Shown here in pieces: positions 13,301 to 27,151 of a stretch of 64,000 nt of DNA (position 1 is its first letter; each line of letters begins with the position of its first letter). Source of the DNA: Fimbriosthenelais zetlandica (lineage: Eukaryota). The position numbers and the translations under genes were made by a program. The stretch covers positions 3,596,001 to 3,660,000 of the forward strand of contig OZ365118.1 of the NCBI GenBank assembly GCA_977030845.1, in the 5' to 3' direction. The notes beneath the pieces are model-generated. The model searched no databases, was not told where the DNA came from, and saw only the letters and a program-made list of their open reading frames with translations.

Positions 13301-16300
13301 AATCCACTCACCCCCCCCTTCCCCCTGCTCCCCACCCAACCCCACTTCTTCATACCACACACACATACACCACCACCCTCGCAAACCAATCAGGCTAATG
13401 AAATTTTGAAATTAGACATCCGTTCTTATCAGCGTGGACAAATTAAGCAGGCGGAACACAGGGATGATTGTTGGATAGATAGATATCTGATACGACCTGT
13501 CTGCTAATCGCTCCCTCAAGATAATCCAGTAGGAACCTACCCCCTTTATATTCCCACTAAGGGGGTTGGCGCGGCCCGATTAAACTCTATTTTGCCTATA
13601 AATCCGTTTATGTGATCAATTTAGATAGAAGTAAATAGTACCTGAAAAAAGGGACTCTGTGGGGCGATCTAGTGTCACATTGCAGTAGACATCGTGTTTA
13701 ACAGAGCTGGTGGTGTCATGGCTGATCATGGAACCTCACATGAAGACAGCCGGCTATTATCATTCTATTGATAAATGTGTCACTCTCATCCCAGCCCAAT
13801 CAATGCGAGCAATGATATCTTTTTAAAAGTAGATTAAGTTAACTAGGCCTGGTGAAAGCTACTTATAATCAATCCTAGAGGAGATCAGAATAAGGAGCAT
13901 TGAGTATGTCTTAAGAAGAAAGCTTTGTCCCCTCATTTCCTTCTTTAAAGCCTTTCCCTGTATATCGCACCCTTTGGTGTTTTTACATGGATCGATTTCA
14001 CATTCAGAATCAACACATGCGATTCGCCTATAATCACATTACAATAGCAGATGTGTTCAAGCCATTAAAATGCTATTTAAACCAACTCATCCCAGTCTAC
14101 AACACCTTAGAGTAAAGGGCATTCCATCCAAGATGGCACCCAAGCGTCAACTCTCCCATCTCTCTCCCACCTCCCTGAAACCTTGCAATGATTATAGCTT
14201 TCATTTAAAAGTTGCATCGTTATTTTGCAAACTGAATCAACAGCCATTGATGACAGGGTCATTTCCCTTGATCTTGTTCTCCAGGTTCAATGTTCCTGGG
14301 GGTCCTTCTATCTAATATAGGTTTTAGGCTGATCCGTGGAGGTAGGGAGGGCCACCCAGGTCGTTAGGGATTACCATTGATGATCTAATGTTAAATATGA
14401 GAGGGATGTGCTAATTTGCATGATTCCCTGGAGGCGGTGAGAATTCAGGGGCCTTGGTGTTTGTAATACGCTTCTAAATCAATGGTACATTTAAGGAGAG
14501 CACGTAGCATCATGTCCCATATCTAGTGGCCCCCAGGACACCAAGTCTACCGCTTGGGCAACAGGAAATCGAATTCTTTTTCCACTATGTCTCATCTGAG
14601 ACAGGGGTTTGGCATTATAGCGCCAGTACCTCCAGTCCAGTCAGCAGCAATTTGTCAGCTGAATGGCCCCACTGCTTCGAGTTGATATATTTTCTCATTT
14701 TCAAATGCCGAATGCAATCGGTTTTGATTTTTCCCTATAGGTGTTGAGTGAGTGTTTTGGGATGACCTGGATGGGATATCTCAGTGACCTATAGGAGTGG
14801 CTGGGGCGTGGTATAGGGGAGGTTACCATACATATGTCAGTCATAATGTGCTCACTCTATGGTCTGAGCTGCTCGCGCTACTGGAGCTGGAGGTTTAAAC
14901 ACCTGCTGCTCGCCCCATCTCACTGCTACAGGAAAAGGCAATTGGCGGCAGCGCTGATGATCAAGCGGGCAATCTGCGGATAATACCCGACATCCCAGAT
15001 GAGAATATTTGTATACCACTAACATCCGGAGACATATCATGACAGTACACACTGGGGCATCTCACCACCCCCCCCCCCCCGGCATACCTCTATATGTTTG
15101 TATATAATTATGACCTCCGTAATTACAGCTGATACCGGGGCCGTGCATCTCTCTCTCCTGCTGCAGTTTTGATGTTAATTGGATGGGAACGGCGGTAGAA
15201 AAGAGCCCGGATGTACATGCATTAATTGTCATTCTGCCCGCTGTCTATATATCTAATTATTTAATATTCTACAAGAACAATGGGGGACGGGGCCGGGCAC
15301 TGACGTCCATCCACCTGTTTCCATACCAGGCCAGCCAGTCCCATGAGAGGCCTGTATGTCTCAGGAGAGCTCATGAGAGAATATGATGAAATGGTGGGTG
15401 GGACGCGTATGGACGGGCGGAATGAGCGGGAGGCTGCCGCCATGTTCATCAGGTATTAAGGCAGCCTGTGGTGAAATCCAATCATTGCTGATTGTTTATG
15501 TGCCACTCTCCATCAGTTGACAGATGCCATAAGTGGAAACTGGATCCCTCTATCGCTGACTTATTGATAATATATATAGATCCCCCATATAGAAACCTGC
15601 TGAGAAATGATATACACGGAAGCTATGGCAATGAAGGCCTTTTCATCAGGGATAATCTACAATGACATGTTTCATTGGATTGGAGGTCAATGGTATTTCT
15701 GCATCCCTGATTCCCAATATCATTCAAAGGAATGACGATGAGATGCATATATTCATATTTCTTGGTGAATGACATATTCAGAGCTGGCTCATTTCCGCAG
15801 GTCTTTTTGCCTTTGTTTAAAGAATTAAGGACTTTTTAGTCTTGTAAGGACCGTGTAACAGTAGAGATGGGGGGGGGGGGGTGGGGGGGAGGGGTGGTTG
15901 CATGTCGTACAGTATTTAGTTGTGTAAACACGGCTGGTCCCGCTACTTTTCACCGCTCGCCTACCGTCCTTGTCCTGCCTCACATCTTGTCTAAATATAC
16001 AATAAGTAGAGGAAGTAAGGCAGACGTCTCACAATACACCGCCATGTCATCTTATGTTCAGACGATGTCAAACAATTACTCTTTAATTGTACATGCGGGT
16101 TCTCCCATACTCAAACTAATCACTTACTTTCTCTTAGGTTTTGCAGATCTTTACTAACTTCACTTAAGTAAAAGTTTGTCTAACAGACAGTGGTAAACAG
16201 ACAGTGGATTAGTGTCATTGATTATCTATTTAATGTATGGATTAAGGCTAAAAACATCTCTCTATACCTTTATTAAACCTAGGTAAAATGATGCACCAAT

Positions 16301-18191
16301 TGTACTAAATAATATTAGCTGTAACTATACAGTTATTTCCACAGACTATAACATAGTATAAGAGCCCAGGAGTGATCATAATATGGAAATGAATATAATG
16401 TCCATGTATAGTCCACTTCTGTCCGAACCAAAAGGTTGTATTTTGAGGACAGATATACGAGATCACTTGTCGACCTAAATCAGGAAATTTGCCGCTCCTG
16501 CATTTGTATTAAAAGCCTTTAGGTTTGTTTACGGTCCGGCCACAATATGGAGCGGAGGAGTAGGGTTGATTTAGAGCAAAGATTGGCTCCACTCTTCATA
16601 CAATTTTGATCGGACGACCAGATGCGGTGCATACAGGGATTGGGTTATGAGATAGACAAACCTGCACCAACTTAGGCCAGTGGCTAGTTTGAATTGCCAT
16701 AGCAACACTGACCAATATAGATAAGAATGCCTGGGCCTGGAGGGCCAGTTCGCTAGGTCGCCATTTATTTCTCTGAGAATACCCAGTACAGAGGGCTCTT
16801 AGTGGTCACTAGTCTTGGACATCTCCTGGAATTTTTAGGTTAGTGGCCTTTCCAGGGGATTCTTCATAGATAAGGAATAAGGAATAACTTAACTCCTTAT
16901 CCCCTATAAAAACTTTTTAATTTTACTTGTCCAAAAGTGGCAAGAAAGCTGCTGGAAAAGCGGAGTTTCTGGTAAATTTGTCTCAGAAATCATCACCAGG
17001 GTAAAATGGAGAATTAAAAGCAAATCGATGGTTGTTATGATTGGCTGGGAATGCTGCATATTGTAAGCAATTACTTACTCATGATTCAGACGTACACATC
17101 ACAGGCTGGTCAGCCTAGATTAATGTGAAACACTGATTAGTGTATAATAGCATTCCCCATCCCATCTGGCGGGCTGAGGAGACAGCGGTAGATGGAGGGA
17201 GAGAGCAGCATAATGCTCTCATCCATACTTGATTATCATGTTGGTTACTCTTCCTCCTTCCTCTTATATCTACCTCCCCATGCTCAAACTTCATCTCCAC
17301 TTTTCGCCCAGTTTTATTTCATTCTTATAATGTAATTATAGACTCGAGATGGTCTTATTTCTAATATGTAATTCTGTCGCTCGTCCAAGGCCAGACATCT
17401 AATTAAATTATGAAAAAGCACAAAGGATCTCTCGCTTTTCAATATTTGAGATGAGACAGAAATAGCTTTGGTCCTCGCAGTGCATGTGAGTGGGGAATTG
17501 TGGGACTATTTTGACAGGTGGTAAACAGATTAATTATAGCAGATCGATAATTTGAGAGAGCACATTGGCACATATGTTATATTGGAGTAGGGATTGCCAT
17601 CCATTACTGTGCACTCGTGAGGCCAGGCCTCTATGCCATAATGGTCATTCTGTGAGTGCTGGAACAATTGGTGGCAGGCCAACGCCACTGCTGGCTTCAG
17701 ACCTGTTGTTCCCCATGGGGGGTTACACGCCTGCCAACCTGCAACCATTGGTAATGTTAGAAATAAAGTATCAGAGTACTGGAGTGCCTCCCCAATTTAT
17801 ATCCCAAACCCATGGACCATTACAACACCTCCAAAAACAGTCAATTCCCTAACGCTGTACATGTAGAGGAAACACCAGTATGGCTACCAATGTCATCTGT
17901 ACAGTACAGCCAACAGCACAGAACCAGCTCTGCTGCTGCTGCCATATGGCACTGCGCATTCCATCCACATTATGCCATTTTAGCCCCTATGATGTGCTTC
18001 ACAGTCATTTACCATACGTATGCACCGCTAAAAGGCACCCGAGGGGGCTGTGGATACACTAGTATAAAAACCCTTCCCGCTAACGCTTTCCCCCAATGAC
18101 AGATCCAGGCTTATGTGAAAATCCATGGGGCAGTGATATTTTACACTGGCTGTTCGGATGATGATCAAAATCCTCCTTTGAAGGTATCAAT

Positions 18192-18330
18192 TTGAAGGCA
18201 TTGTTACACGGGGGCATGCTATGGAGGCAAGTCGATGGGACATGGGCTAACAATAGCCATAAAAAGCCAAGCCTACATCAGAGTGATTTAATGGAATATT
18301 GGAGGTATATTGATGAGGTTCCCATCGCTA
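18192..18330 (+). mobile_element. Possible Penelope-like reverse transcriptase relic
   Basis: WRQVDGT followed by atgggc..atagcc (MGxxIA in a shifted frame) and WRYIDEV resemble the Penelope RT motifs YxQxxGTAMGSxxAP and WxRYIDD; spacing is shortened. Confidence 0.33.
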
Positions 18331-21300
18331 ATGCTGCAGGCAGAGTCAGGGATTTGGTTTCAAATAAATCTTAAGTGGTCTAAGGCTAGCAGTGTGCTGT
18401 TAGGGCCGTATATGTAGTGGTGGGGGGATGGGCGAGGTCTCATTATAGACCTTATAGGTGTATAGCCAGGACATGTTATATACGTACTACTGAATATCAC
18501 ATCATCGACATATAAAGTTGAGTATTGCTCGCCATAGTGTATACCACAGCTTCCCCCCTCACTGAATACAAAGCCTCCAGAGACCAACCATCAATCATGC
18601 TGCATGTCGACCAATTTTTTTAAATATACTTCAATCTTTTGTTGGTATACTTTGAGAATTCATAAAGAAATCCCTGATATGGGAGGGTGAAGCCATATAG
18701 ATCATTGTGTATGGATTTTATAGCGCATTACCGTAAAGCAATCAGAGGTAAGTTTACCCTGTATTACTGGGCAATGTAATAACCCTCTATAGTCAGCTGT
18801 TCATGCTAGCTTAAGTATCCAGCACTGAAGACGTTAAGTTGACTAAGTAATGGCATGTGTGAAATATTTATCAAGAAATGTACCTCACACTGTCTCCTAA
18901 CTCACACACAGGCATCATTTATCACCCGGACATGCCTCTTAATTGGAATAATTTATATCCTAATCGTGATTTCTTCTACATTCATATACAAAATCAACAT
19001 ATATGTATTACAAATGTACCGGTACAACCGAGTCTCAGTATATACCATTTACTTATATGAATAATGGAAGAGGTGATGAAAGGGTATAAGACTCTTACAT
19101 ATATGACTCCACTGTATACGATTCCAAATCAATCAAAGCAAGTGTTGGAATCATTTAAAAATTGGAGGCATTAATGCATAAAGCATGATTAGAGCTGCAT
19201 TATTGATGGTAGTGTATCAATATTACAGTGTAAAGTACAGCAATGATCCTCCACAAACACCCGCATGTACGATATGCAGGCAATATTTGATACACCTTTA
19301 GCAAATTTATTCTTACAGACTCGCCGAGAAATCGATAATTCAACAAATGTTTGCATGCGGGTGAAATACACGTATTCATTTTCATTGGATTGATTCACGG
19401 TCAAGGGCAAAGGGTTTGGACAAACGAGTTTAAACCAATGGTATTTGTTTGACAAGCTTCCTGGTTTTCTCTTCCATTTTAATTGATGTTTTACGCTTGT
19501 CAAACAAGTGTTTTCGCCATTCATAGGGCTCGGGTAACATGGCTGGAATAATTGTGTTTTAGAGACAATTTCCTGCTCTGTTGCTTTATCGCCTATATCC
19601 AGACCTGGAGATTCTCCAGATGGCTAACTCCCTTTTCATTTACATTAAAATCACGTGTTCAAATCATTTAAATTTTAAATCCGAGTATGAAATCTATTAG
19701 ACATCCACCGCTGTGTGCGATAAGCGGGCTCTATACAATAGACACTAAATATAGTCTCTATGTATTGTGCATATATTCCCAGCATTAAAAGCAAATTCAT
19801 AAAGTTTTCCCATAAGAGATGAGAGAGATTTCACACGTGAGTTATGATTTTATTATCATAGAATGGTCCACATTTGCATATCTAAATTAGATTCCATCCC
19901 GTTGGGTCCTGGCGCCGTTATAAACAAAAGCTGCGGGCCAGAATTAAAACTGTGAGATAATAAAATCCCCAGTGAGGAGTGTGTATAGTGGAGAAAAAGG
20001 GATCAAAGAATGGCAGCCATACAATGAGGGCTTTGTTACACACAGGCAATGTTTGCAGTTTAAAGGTGACTTGACTTACACTGGTGTAGCCTTACATTCA
20101 CCGTGTAGTTTATACCCACGAGGCGCCCACCCAGGCCAGAAGGCTCCACTCCTCTGTCAACAAGTTGTAAGATTTAAATTTCAGACTCTGGGGGTCAGCT
20201 GAAGGGCTCTTTCTTTTGTGGACTAATCGTGGACAAACTGAGGGGCCAGGAAGATGGACCCAATGGTCAACATGCGAACAGGCTGTGCAAACTAGCCATT
20301 GCACTGACCAACCACAGCAAGCTGGCGACCCCCACATGCCTCTCAGACTGACCATCTGATGCCAGTCTAAGGCCTGTATCCACTTTACCGATTCTATTGC
20401 CGATTGTCTATCGGGAATTGGGAAGGAACATAACTTCCCCTTATTTCAATATATAGTTCTTTAGATTCCACCCAAACAGACCCATAACCAAGAGTAGCTC
20501 AGGTCCAAAATCAAAACCACTACAATGGAAAAGAATCGGATGGACGTCCCCCATAGTGGAACTGGGACCTTAGTGCAATGTCCAAAGGGGCAGATGCTGA
20601 TAAAGCCTTGTAAACTTGCTCGGCCTCCGGCTCGGCCGTGTGGCCCTTGTATTTCACAGGACTTTGTTCTTTCAGGAAGAGTGGCCGGGTGTCATGCGGC
20701 CCCAAATCCCCCGTAATCCCCCCACCTTTCCCTTTGCCTGGGAAAATCAATACCTGAGGGGAAGAGAGTCGAATATCAGTTAGAAGGACAAATAGCCAGG
20801 GGAAGGATGGGCCGGGATAATGAAGGTAGATGAAATGAAGACATGGATATATGTGGATACTCGGAACATTAGACTTGCATCAAAATGTAATTATTCACAA
20901 ACCATAGCATGAACAGACATCAGCTGTCTATTGTAATAGTACATATCAAGTTTGAAGAGGGGTAGGTGTTAAAGAAAAAATCGACTGCATTAAGGAACAG
21001 GGTATAGTAATAGTTTAGGAAAAATGACAAAAAGAAATGTTGAGGGAAGTAGAAAGTCTACCTATCTACAGGTTGGCACTATCAAGGCCGCCAGGGAGAC
21101 ATGGAGTTCATCCCGCTGATGGAATTTACAAGATGGGAACTGAGGACTACACTCCAAACACATTTCGCTATTAATTCGCGACAGCCAACACAGGTTTTTA
21201 GCACTCAGCACTGCACTTTACCCGAAGTATTCTAAGAAAACACTTTTTCTTCAGTTTTTTTGTTAGAGTTTTTTGTCTTCTGTCAACTGAATACTGGGTT

Positions 21301-22494
21301 TTTTTTTCTTGGAGATCAGATTTTTTCTGTGTTTTGTCCTGCTCTGCAGAGGTATATGGCACATGTAGCCTACAGTGTTTCCATCCCCCATGGTCCAAGA
21401 GCTATTCTAACGGGAGAGGTGGATGCCAGAATTATGTATACTAGAGCCAAGAGCCAAGAGACAATGCTCTATTCTATATAGGCTATAAATGTATGAAACA
21501 ACCTCCATACACAAATATAATTCAATTCATTTCAATAATGATAAGAATAATCGTAGCTGTATCAGATGGACAATTACTAATGAGTGGAATCTGAATGGAA
21601 TGCCCTCCCACAACATCTTAGAGACATCCCTACTATTAATGCTTTTAAAAACGCCCTTAAGACCTACCTTTTTCCAATTTAACTCATGTGAAGCGCATAG
21701 AAATGAACATGATACTTGCGCTATATAAATGAACTATTACATTACATTACATTACAATGCAGTAACTAATTCACAGAGCTTCAGTGTTAAGGTATCATTA
21801 TATGACATATTCAGCATCCCTCCTAGTGAAACCAGTCCAGGAATTGGCGCTATACTTGGCACAGAAGGACAATGATCCTAAGTGGGACTTTCTCAGACGC
21901 AGGACCCCGCAGGGCTACCATTCTTATTCAGAGACAGTTACTTCTCATTCTCATCAATGCATCATTCATTGTCTTCCTTTGCCCATACATATATATATAT
22001 AAGTATAGACCCCCTTCTGAGCGAGTATTGTGTCTCCTGCCCAGAGATAGGAGGGTTGATAAGGTCAATTAGGAGGCAGCATAGTCTGCTGTAATCAAGG
22101 TGCTAGAATAGACACCAGTGTTTGAGGCAATTAGTAATGGTCCTAATAGAAAGACATGTCACCCAGCACAGCTTCTTGTTTGAAAAATATCGACGCTGGT
22201 TTTAATGGATTATGCATTGCTATTTATAGGTGATTAATTTGTTTAATTCATCCAATTCCTCCCCCATCGATTTCCCCCCTTGCCATTAGCACTTTGGATT
22301 TAATTGGGAAGCATTGAAGATCACCCTCGGACCTGCTCATTATCTAAAATCATCCACCAAGGAAAACAAGTCCTTTTCTAGTAATCACTGTAATAGATAT
22401 TACACGCTACCTCAGTCCATTATACATCATTGCTATGGATGTCTTATTTATAAACAAGCGGTATATGTCCATAATGCATAGGATTGATTCTATG

Positions 22495-22725
22495 GTTGTT
22501 TAACGTCACTTTCAACACTTTTTCAGTTATATCATGGCGGTGCATACTTGTGACAGTGAGCCTTATGCTCTATTGTGAGCCTTATGATACCTCACCCGGT
22601 CACATTATCCTGACACCAGGCCAACCAATCCTAGTACTGTCCACTTATTGCTAAGTGCCAAGCGATGGAGCCACTAGTTTTTTTAGTCTTTGGTTTCACG
22701 GTTTCAACTGGCGAGCTTCCACGCA
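22495..22725 (-). mobile_element. tRNA-derived SINE (Meta/MESC-like core), decayed head
   Basis: Minus strand reads gcttggcacttagca...ggattggttggcctggtgtcaggataatgtgaccgggtg...cactgtcacaag...gatataactgaaaaagtgttgaaagtgacgttaaac. This matches, from recall, the conserved core and 3' tail of widespread invertebrate tRNA-SINEs. Degenerate B-box near 22700. Exact family not verified. Confidence 0.7.
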
Positions 22726-23156
22726 TAATGCATATATGATGTACAATATACAAGAAGGGGGCCAACCCTTGACATAAATGCATCCAATATATGGAGTATA
22801 TTGTATAGATATAGCCATATAGAAGCATGTATTATAAGATCTAGCTGTATTATAAGCTTTCACCATGTCTATATACTGCCCAGTGTCCGTCTATGTCCGT
22901 CCCTGCTACTTCTAATAGCCACTCTTGCTACTTAAACACAAGCAATGGAGTGAGGCGCAATCTATCAGGGACAGACTTAAACAAGGCATTTTTATCTCTA
23001 CACCGGCCATAGCAGGAGAAAATATGATGCTGCTATAATGCATGGTACTCGATTTAAGTGAGGCCAGCTGGGTATTACTTATCAGGCGTGTTCACTCCCA
23101 CATGGCACAACTGTCGACTGGCGAGGGGAATCATTGTCACATAAGCAGCCCAACCA

Positions 23157-23282
23157 AAGGAGATGCTCTTGGAATTGCTCTCAGACTTGGCTGACAACAA
23201 ATAGAAGGCAATTCTTGGCGGCATCAGCCGGGTTGATGAAGATATACTGCATTACGATGGGATTCAGTATCACCGGCCATGC
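23157..23282 (+). mobile_element. Possible DNA-transposase N-terminal remnant (family uncertain)
   Basis: Translates KEMLLELLSDLADNK*KAILGGISRVDEDILHYDGIQYHRPC with one in-frame TAG. Resembles the D-W..V.GRI..V.DL.AAD..YHxxC pattern of large invertebrate transposase-like proteins. Confidence 0.25.
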
Positions 23283-24862
23283 AGGGAGAGTGGTGGTCAG
23301 TGGTGGAGATGCACTGGGGAAATAAAGGGGAAACTATAAGGTGAACACCTAGACAGGGGGTAGTGGAAGCAGACGGTGAAAATGATGATTGGAAAAGCTT
23401 GCTTTATTACAGCGGCCTGTGATAGAGAGATATGGCGGGAGACTTTGACATATTGATATTCAGTTATTACAGGAAAGGAGGGAAGAAAATGTTGTGTCGA
23501 TAAGACAGGATTAGCTCTGGCTATATGTGGGTAAGGAAGATCGATGTGAAGAGAGAGGGATGGGGCAGGTGTATGTGTTTGCCAAACATACAGAGGTAGG
23601 CCATATTCTGTGAAGAACTGGCTGCCAAATGCAAGCATAGATGCAGATCATTAGCTCAGTGCTAACTTAGGAAACAATGGCAAACTCTATATACTGTATT
23701 AATGCATGGAGAATCTATATAGTGTACTAATGCATGGATATTCTCCCCTTCCTACTAAATCTCCGACAACAGCATTATATCCCCAGGTGCATCATAATTG
23801 TAAAGTTTCATCAACAAAAACCGGTTGAAAAGTGTTTTTTCTTTCCAGGAAAGTTGAGACCTTTTAGGTCTATGTTTTGGATGGGGTGTTGAGACCACCC
23901 ATGGACTTGAGTGACCATCGGGGGGTGAGGATGGGGTTATATGTCAGATTCTAGCCATGTACCTCTACTCCAAGCAAGCTGGCTGCTTGACAAATGGAGG
24001 CGTAGATAGAATGAGCCAATAGGCCTTCCCTGCATGATGGATAGTCGGGGGATAGAGGTGGACAGGGGAGTTCAGGAGGGGAGCCTTAAGCTACATCTAT
24101 ACCTATAGGTATGTACCATACCTGGTCAAGCAGATAAGGTCAGAGACCTTACTGGTCATCCACACCCTTTGATGATAATAATATAGCCAGCAGAGCTCAA
24201 TAGACCTTAAAGGTATACATCTGAAAGGATGCCTCAATGAAATATTACAGAAAGGTCCAGCCGCCCGTCCACCCTTTATAATAGAGCACCTAATAGGCGA
24301 GGGAATAGAAGGGTTTGCTGGAGCATACGCCAACCTGTGATTTTTAATTAGAGGATGGGAGCAATTGAAAGCCCAGGTACAAATTAGTCCCCACTTGCCT
24401 ATTTATTCTCCGTACCCACGCCCAGTTTGTACGATGTATTCTTAGCTTTCCCTTCTGTACAAATGAGCATGGGTATAAGGCCCCCTAAGGACCCCACACG
24501 TTAGTCTTCCCAGCCAAGAGAGCCCAATATCACCGGCCTTGTGTTGAATTAACACAAGGCGAGCGAGGCCACAATACAGATAGATGCCTTGGTTATTTGA
24601 TGCCGTCTACTATGAGGATCCGTTGGGGGATTTGTACGAAATTAAACGAGGCAAGTTCCCATCCCACAGCCGGGGATTTGTATCAGTGCAGGCAGGCGAA
24701 CAATCCGCCAGCGTTTAAGCGCTTTTAGAATACAGAATGCCAATACTTTCATCTCCAGTTTTCAATTGAGCAATAGGTCAATGGATAGAGTCTAGTTTAG
24801 GTCCATAATACTCTGCCCTTCACCAATGTTACTTCATTTTATACAGTAACTAATATCCTATA

Positions 24863-24951
24863 ACAACTATCCTACGACAACTGTCGTACGACAACTATCC
24901 TACGACAACTGTCCTACGACAACTATCCTACAAAAACTGTCCTACGACAAC
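24863..24951. repeat. 14-bp minisatellite with 28-bp higher-order structure
   Basis: ACAACTATCCTACG / ACAACTGTC(C/G)TACG units alternate for 6 copies, then decay to about 25020. Confidence 0.95.
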
Positions 24952-27151
24952 ACTCCTCACACTGCCCACTACTGTCCTAACCTTGTCCTACAACAATATC
25001 CTCAACTTGTCCTGCAACTATACTGATATGCTGAATGCGGAATCTGCCCTAATCTGCATTAATATTAAATATGCAGAACTGGGTTCTACATTTACATGTA
25101 AATCCAATGAGAGAATGATACATTTACTAATCTCAACGAGGACTCGCCTCAGATTCCTTAATTCCATTAGTCACCAGTACATCTCCGCATCTAATTAAAT
25201 TCAATATTCCTGATTTCAATTCGCCAGAAGCGATGGTTTTCAAATTGAAAAAGAAAGCCAGAAGTTATCAGTGATACATGATAAGTGGTGCAGGTGTGGT
25301 GTGGGTCTGATGCGGTCAGTAAAATAGCTGGAGGGGTCGAGAAAAAACCAGTCACAGCTGACCACCAACCTTTACACCCACATACATCCACACTGACCAC
25401 ACAAAAGACACCCTGTCTACAGTATCAGTGTTTGTTCTTCACCACCCTATTATTTATTCATCATACCTGTATTAGTCTAGGCCAGGTATTAAGAGATTAG
25501 GAAGTTTGCCTGGGTAGATCTATGTTTTCATCGCACCACAGGAAGTATGAATAATATACATCAATCCTTGACAAATTTCCACATAAACACACTGGCCTGA
25601 CCCCTGATCGGTGGGTTATTTCGGGCTTTTATTTGACAATAGGGGTTTAGGGTAAAGTTAAACGGTAGGTAGGTATATGTATGGTTAAGTCCAGGTATAA
25701 GGGAGGTTAGAAGCCCCGTTAAGCTGAGGTCACAATAGAGGTGGACACTTTAGTGACGTAACCAGTCACAGGTGGTGCACAACAGTAGGGCAGGTAATAA
25801 CTTAATACCCCCTAATCTTAACACCGACCCCTTCACATGTTTCACCATAGACTTAATACATCAAAGTCACCTTGATTTATTCATATTTTCATAAATAATC
25901 TCAGTAGCTTTGAACTCTCGCATGAAGTTTCATATCAAATTAAAATCATTCCATCGGTTCATTTTCCAATCATAGTCAATCTTTATGAATGATTTTTAGT
26001 GTTTTTTAATCAGATTTTTAGAAGGGATGTGAACAAGTATTGGGTGAGCAGTCCTCATGTCCTCATATAAGGCCTCGTCATTTTTTAATTGTCCAAGCTT
26101 CTGACATTCTCAGCTTGAGCAAAAACTAGTTATCCTGTTATTACAACAGGCCCCTAATTGAAACGCATTTGCAATTTCATATTAACACTTGATACCCATG
26201 AGAATTTCATATCCATACTTTATTAATGGATATTACATCGCCCACAGGATGACATTTCATATATACAATCCGGGCCGTGTGTGTCTCTGTCTTGGCTTCA
26301 AATAGGCGACTTCATACAAGAGGCACACGTTAAAACAGAATGGCAATCTACTTGAAGGAGCAGTCCTCATTCTAGGTCTCCCACGGTGGTCTAGACTTTT
26401 TAAGACATATGTCTTACATTTCATCTATATGATCGCATGATGATCGTCCCCATGTTGTGGTTGGGTAGATTGCATTTCTCGGATTTCCGACATCAACATG
26501 CAAGCTTGGGTATATTAAAATTTGTTAAGAATTTCCTTTCAAAGATCATGCAAAGACCGATGGGAAAGTATTGAATTACAGTTTAACTGAAAGTTATATG
26601 GGTGGACAGATACACGTAAAACTTGAAGCTGTATAGCAATCTGGTTCTTCAAGATAATAAAGATTTTATATACATGTACATATATCATCTTTGGCTTTTC
26701 CACGAAGTGAAAGTTTGAAGATATATATCAGTGGAAAGAAGCTCAAAGTTATCATTTTCGTGGCCAAAAAAGTGTGAGGAGTAAAGTGAATGAATGAGAG
26801 ATGGATCAAAGGCGCCGACCTCTGCCCCACCCAATGAAGAGAACATAATAAATAGACACTGATCAATGGTGGGGCATTCTAATACAGGGGAACATCCCAG
26901 CCCAGCCCTCTCATGTCTATTGATGACTACTTCACGTATTTTCTCCTCCATTGTAGCTGTTATTGAGTGGAGATGAATGTTAATCTAGTTGGCTGGGTGT
27001 ATAAGGTTTGGTGGTGTAGGTGTACACTTGGTGGGTGATTTTACTGGCAGGTCGAGGCCTGGACTCAAAGATAGCGAACAGCAGAACGAGAAATGTTGGC
27101 ATCAGATGTGATTACTAGTCATTGTCTACAGGTGGGAGACATGCTGGTGGT

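Noticed and set aside
18360-18587. LYVDDVIF motif suggesting a copia or LINE reverse transcriptase
   Set aside because: Isolated motif with no flanking RT motifs in frame.
24863-24951. Short repeats that might suggest a CRISPR array
   Set aside because: Head-to-tail 14-bp units with no unique spacers, in a eukaryotic context and with no cas genes; also true of the 31-bp repeat at 37086.
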